A stretch of DNA of 64,000 bases, from assembly GCA_039794845.1 (NCBI GenBank), contig JAUQVK010000067.1, forward strand, positions 44,559 through 108,558, given 5' to 3'. The stretch's first letter is position 1. Every line of letters starts with the position of its first letter. The position numbers and the translations under genes are program-made. This stretch comes from Thermostichus sp. DRC_bins_24 (GTDB lineage: Bacteria > Cyanobacteriota > Cyanobacteriia > Thermostichales > Thermostichaceae). A model generated the notes under the pieces. That model was not told the origin of the DNA and ran no database searches. It saw only the letters and a list, made by a program, of their open reading frames with translations. Positions 62,663-64,000 of the stretch are shown here, one piece after another.

Positions 62663-64000
62663 ATGAATGCAGTCGAAATCGAAGAAGCCATTTCTCGGTT
62701 AGCCGAATCCCCGTTTGACCCGGCAGAGTTTCCCTTCGCGTTTTTGGAAGCCTTTGGCAACAAAGCAACGACGATCAAACGGCTGAGAAGTCAGGGCAAA
62801 GATTCGACGAACCAGTCGGATTTAGGTGGGGTGCTTCAGCGCCATAACATTCACATCAAGGTTTGTGCAGTGGGTGAAGTCAGCGCCACCCTGACTGCCT
62901 TGCGGGAGAGTCCGGCCACTGCCCGCCACAAGGTGAAGTTCATTCTGGCCACAGACGGCATCAGCTTTGAGGCAGAGAACTTAGCAGATGGCGAAACCGT
63001 TGCCTGCGACTATCCCAGCTTTGCTGACCACTTTGGCTTTTTCTTGCCCTTGGCAGGGATCACGACCGTCAAGCAGATTCGGGAGAATGCCTTTGACATT
63101 AAGGCGACGGGGCGGCTGAATCGGCTCTATGTGGAGTTACTGAAGGAGAATCCCGATTGGGAGCAGCGACCGGAAGAGTTTAATCATTTTATGGCGCGGT
63201 TGATCTTCTGCTTTTTTGCGGAGGATACCAATATTTTTCCCCCGACTGCCAAGGGTGAAGGCTTATTTACCAGCACGATCGCCCAGATGAGTGCGGGGGA
63301 TGGTTCAAATACCCATGAGGTGTTGGCGGAGATTTTCCGAGCAATGGCGACACCGTTGCCGCAACGGCAAGCGGCAGGGATTCGCCGGTGGGCAGAGGCA
63401 TTTCCCTATGTGAATGGGGGGTTGTTTGGCCCTCATCCCCTAACCCCTTCTCCCAAGCTGGGCGAAGGGGGATCAGACTCTACTTCTCCCCTCTCCCCTC
63501 GTGGGAGAGGGGCTGGGGGTGAGGGGCTTCAGGCCGGGGGTGAGGGCCTTTGGGACGTACCCCGCTTCAGCAAAGTAGCCCGCTCCTACCTACTTCACAT
63601 CGGCAACCTGGACTGGAAGCAGATCAACCCCGATATTTTCGGCTCCATGATCCAGGCCATTGCCGAAGACGAAGAACGCGGTGCCTTGGGGATGCACTAT
63701 ACCAGCGTGCCCAACATCCTCAAGGTGTTGAACCCGCTGTTTTTGGACGATCTGCGGGCACAGCTAGCCGCCGCCGGAGATAACCCGCGCAAGCTACTGA
63801 ATCTGCGGCAACGGCTGACCCGGATTCGCGTCTTTGACCCCGCCTGTGGGTCGGGCAACTTTTTGGTGATTGCCTACAAGGAGATGCGGGCCATTGAAGC
63901 CGAAATCAACCGCCGCCGGGGTGAGCCAGATCGCCGTTCCGAGATTCCCCTGACCAACTTTCGCGGCATCGAGATTCGCCACTTTGCCTGTGAGATTGCG
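62663..64000 (+). CDS. MmeI/YeeA-like DNA adenine methyltransferase (type IIL/IIG RM family); runs off the window end; absent from the ORF track
   Basis: Manual translation is open from ATG 62663: MNAVEIEEAIS, RLIFCFFAEDT, FPYVNGGLF, DWKQINPDIFGSMIQ, GMHYTSVPNI, FDPACGSGNFL. Confidence 0.9.
   Translation, partial: MNAVEIEEAISRLAESPFDPAEFPFAFLEAFGNKATTIKRLRSQGKDSTNQSDLGGVLQRHNIHIKVCAVGEVSATLTALRESPATARHKVKFILATDGISFEAENLADGETVACDYPSFADHFGFFLPLAGITTVKQIRENAFDIKATGRLNRLYVELLKENPDWEQRPEEFNHFMARLIFCFFAEDTNIFPPTAKGEGLFTSTIAQMSAGDGSNTHEVLAEIFRAMATPLPQRQAAGIRRWAEAFPYVNGGLFGPHPLTPSPKLGEGGSDSTSPLSPRGRGAGGEGLQAGGEGLWDVPRFSKVARSYLLHIGNLDWKQINPDIFGSMIQAIAEDEERGALGMHYTSVPNILKVLNPLFLDDLRAQLAAAGDNPRKLLNLRQRLTRIRVFDPACGSGNFLVIAYKEMRAIEAEINRRRGEPDRRSEIPLTNFRGIEIRHFACEIA
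63430..63547. repeat. GC-rich palindromic repeat element inserted in frame in the methyltransferase
   Basis: ccctcatcccctaaccccttctccc...cccctctcccctcgtgggagaggggctgggggtgaggg...gggggtgagggc. Confidence 0.8.

Overview
This window is mostly core chromosome of a thermophilic unicellular cyanobacterium. The variant HIP1 octamer GGGATCCC recurs throughout, and psbU, vipp1, plqA and Tab2 are present, which points to the Thermostichus / hot-spring 'Synechococcus' clade. About 55 mostly housekeeping genes are recognisable, including sphR/phoB, ahcY, argG, pyk, grpE-dnaK-dnaJ-tusA-rsgA, nadK, hisB, gcvT, gcvP, gloA, glgE, accD, atzG/atzE-like, csaB and mscS. I saw no rRNA, tRNA or CRISPR array. The less ordinary content is as follows. 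(1) A deleted IS200/IS605 tnpB element whose right end supplies the stop codon of the phoB-like gene and whose predicted omegaRNA guide is antisense to that gene. (2) A MITE-like family with ACAGCCCTT inverted ends in two copies, each next to accessory DNA: a Mesh1-like alarmone hydrolase and an MmeI/YeeA-type methyltransferase. (3) Orphan IS605-like end hairpins carrying the same 25-bp insert at two loci. (4) An in-frame palindromic insertion of about 39 codons in the methyltransferase. (5) An Rpn-family gene with a candidate intragenic antitoxin start. (6) A phosphoribulokinase-family gene broken by one in-frame TAA. (7) A GNAT pseudogene missing from the ORF track. All calls come from reading the sequence by eye; no searches were run.
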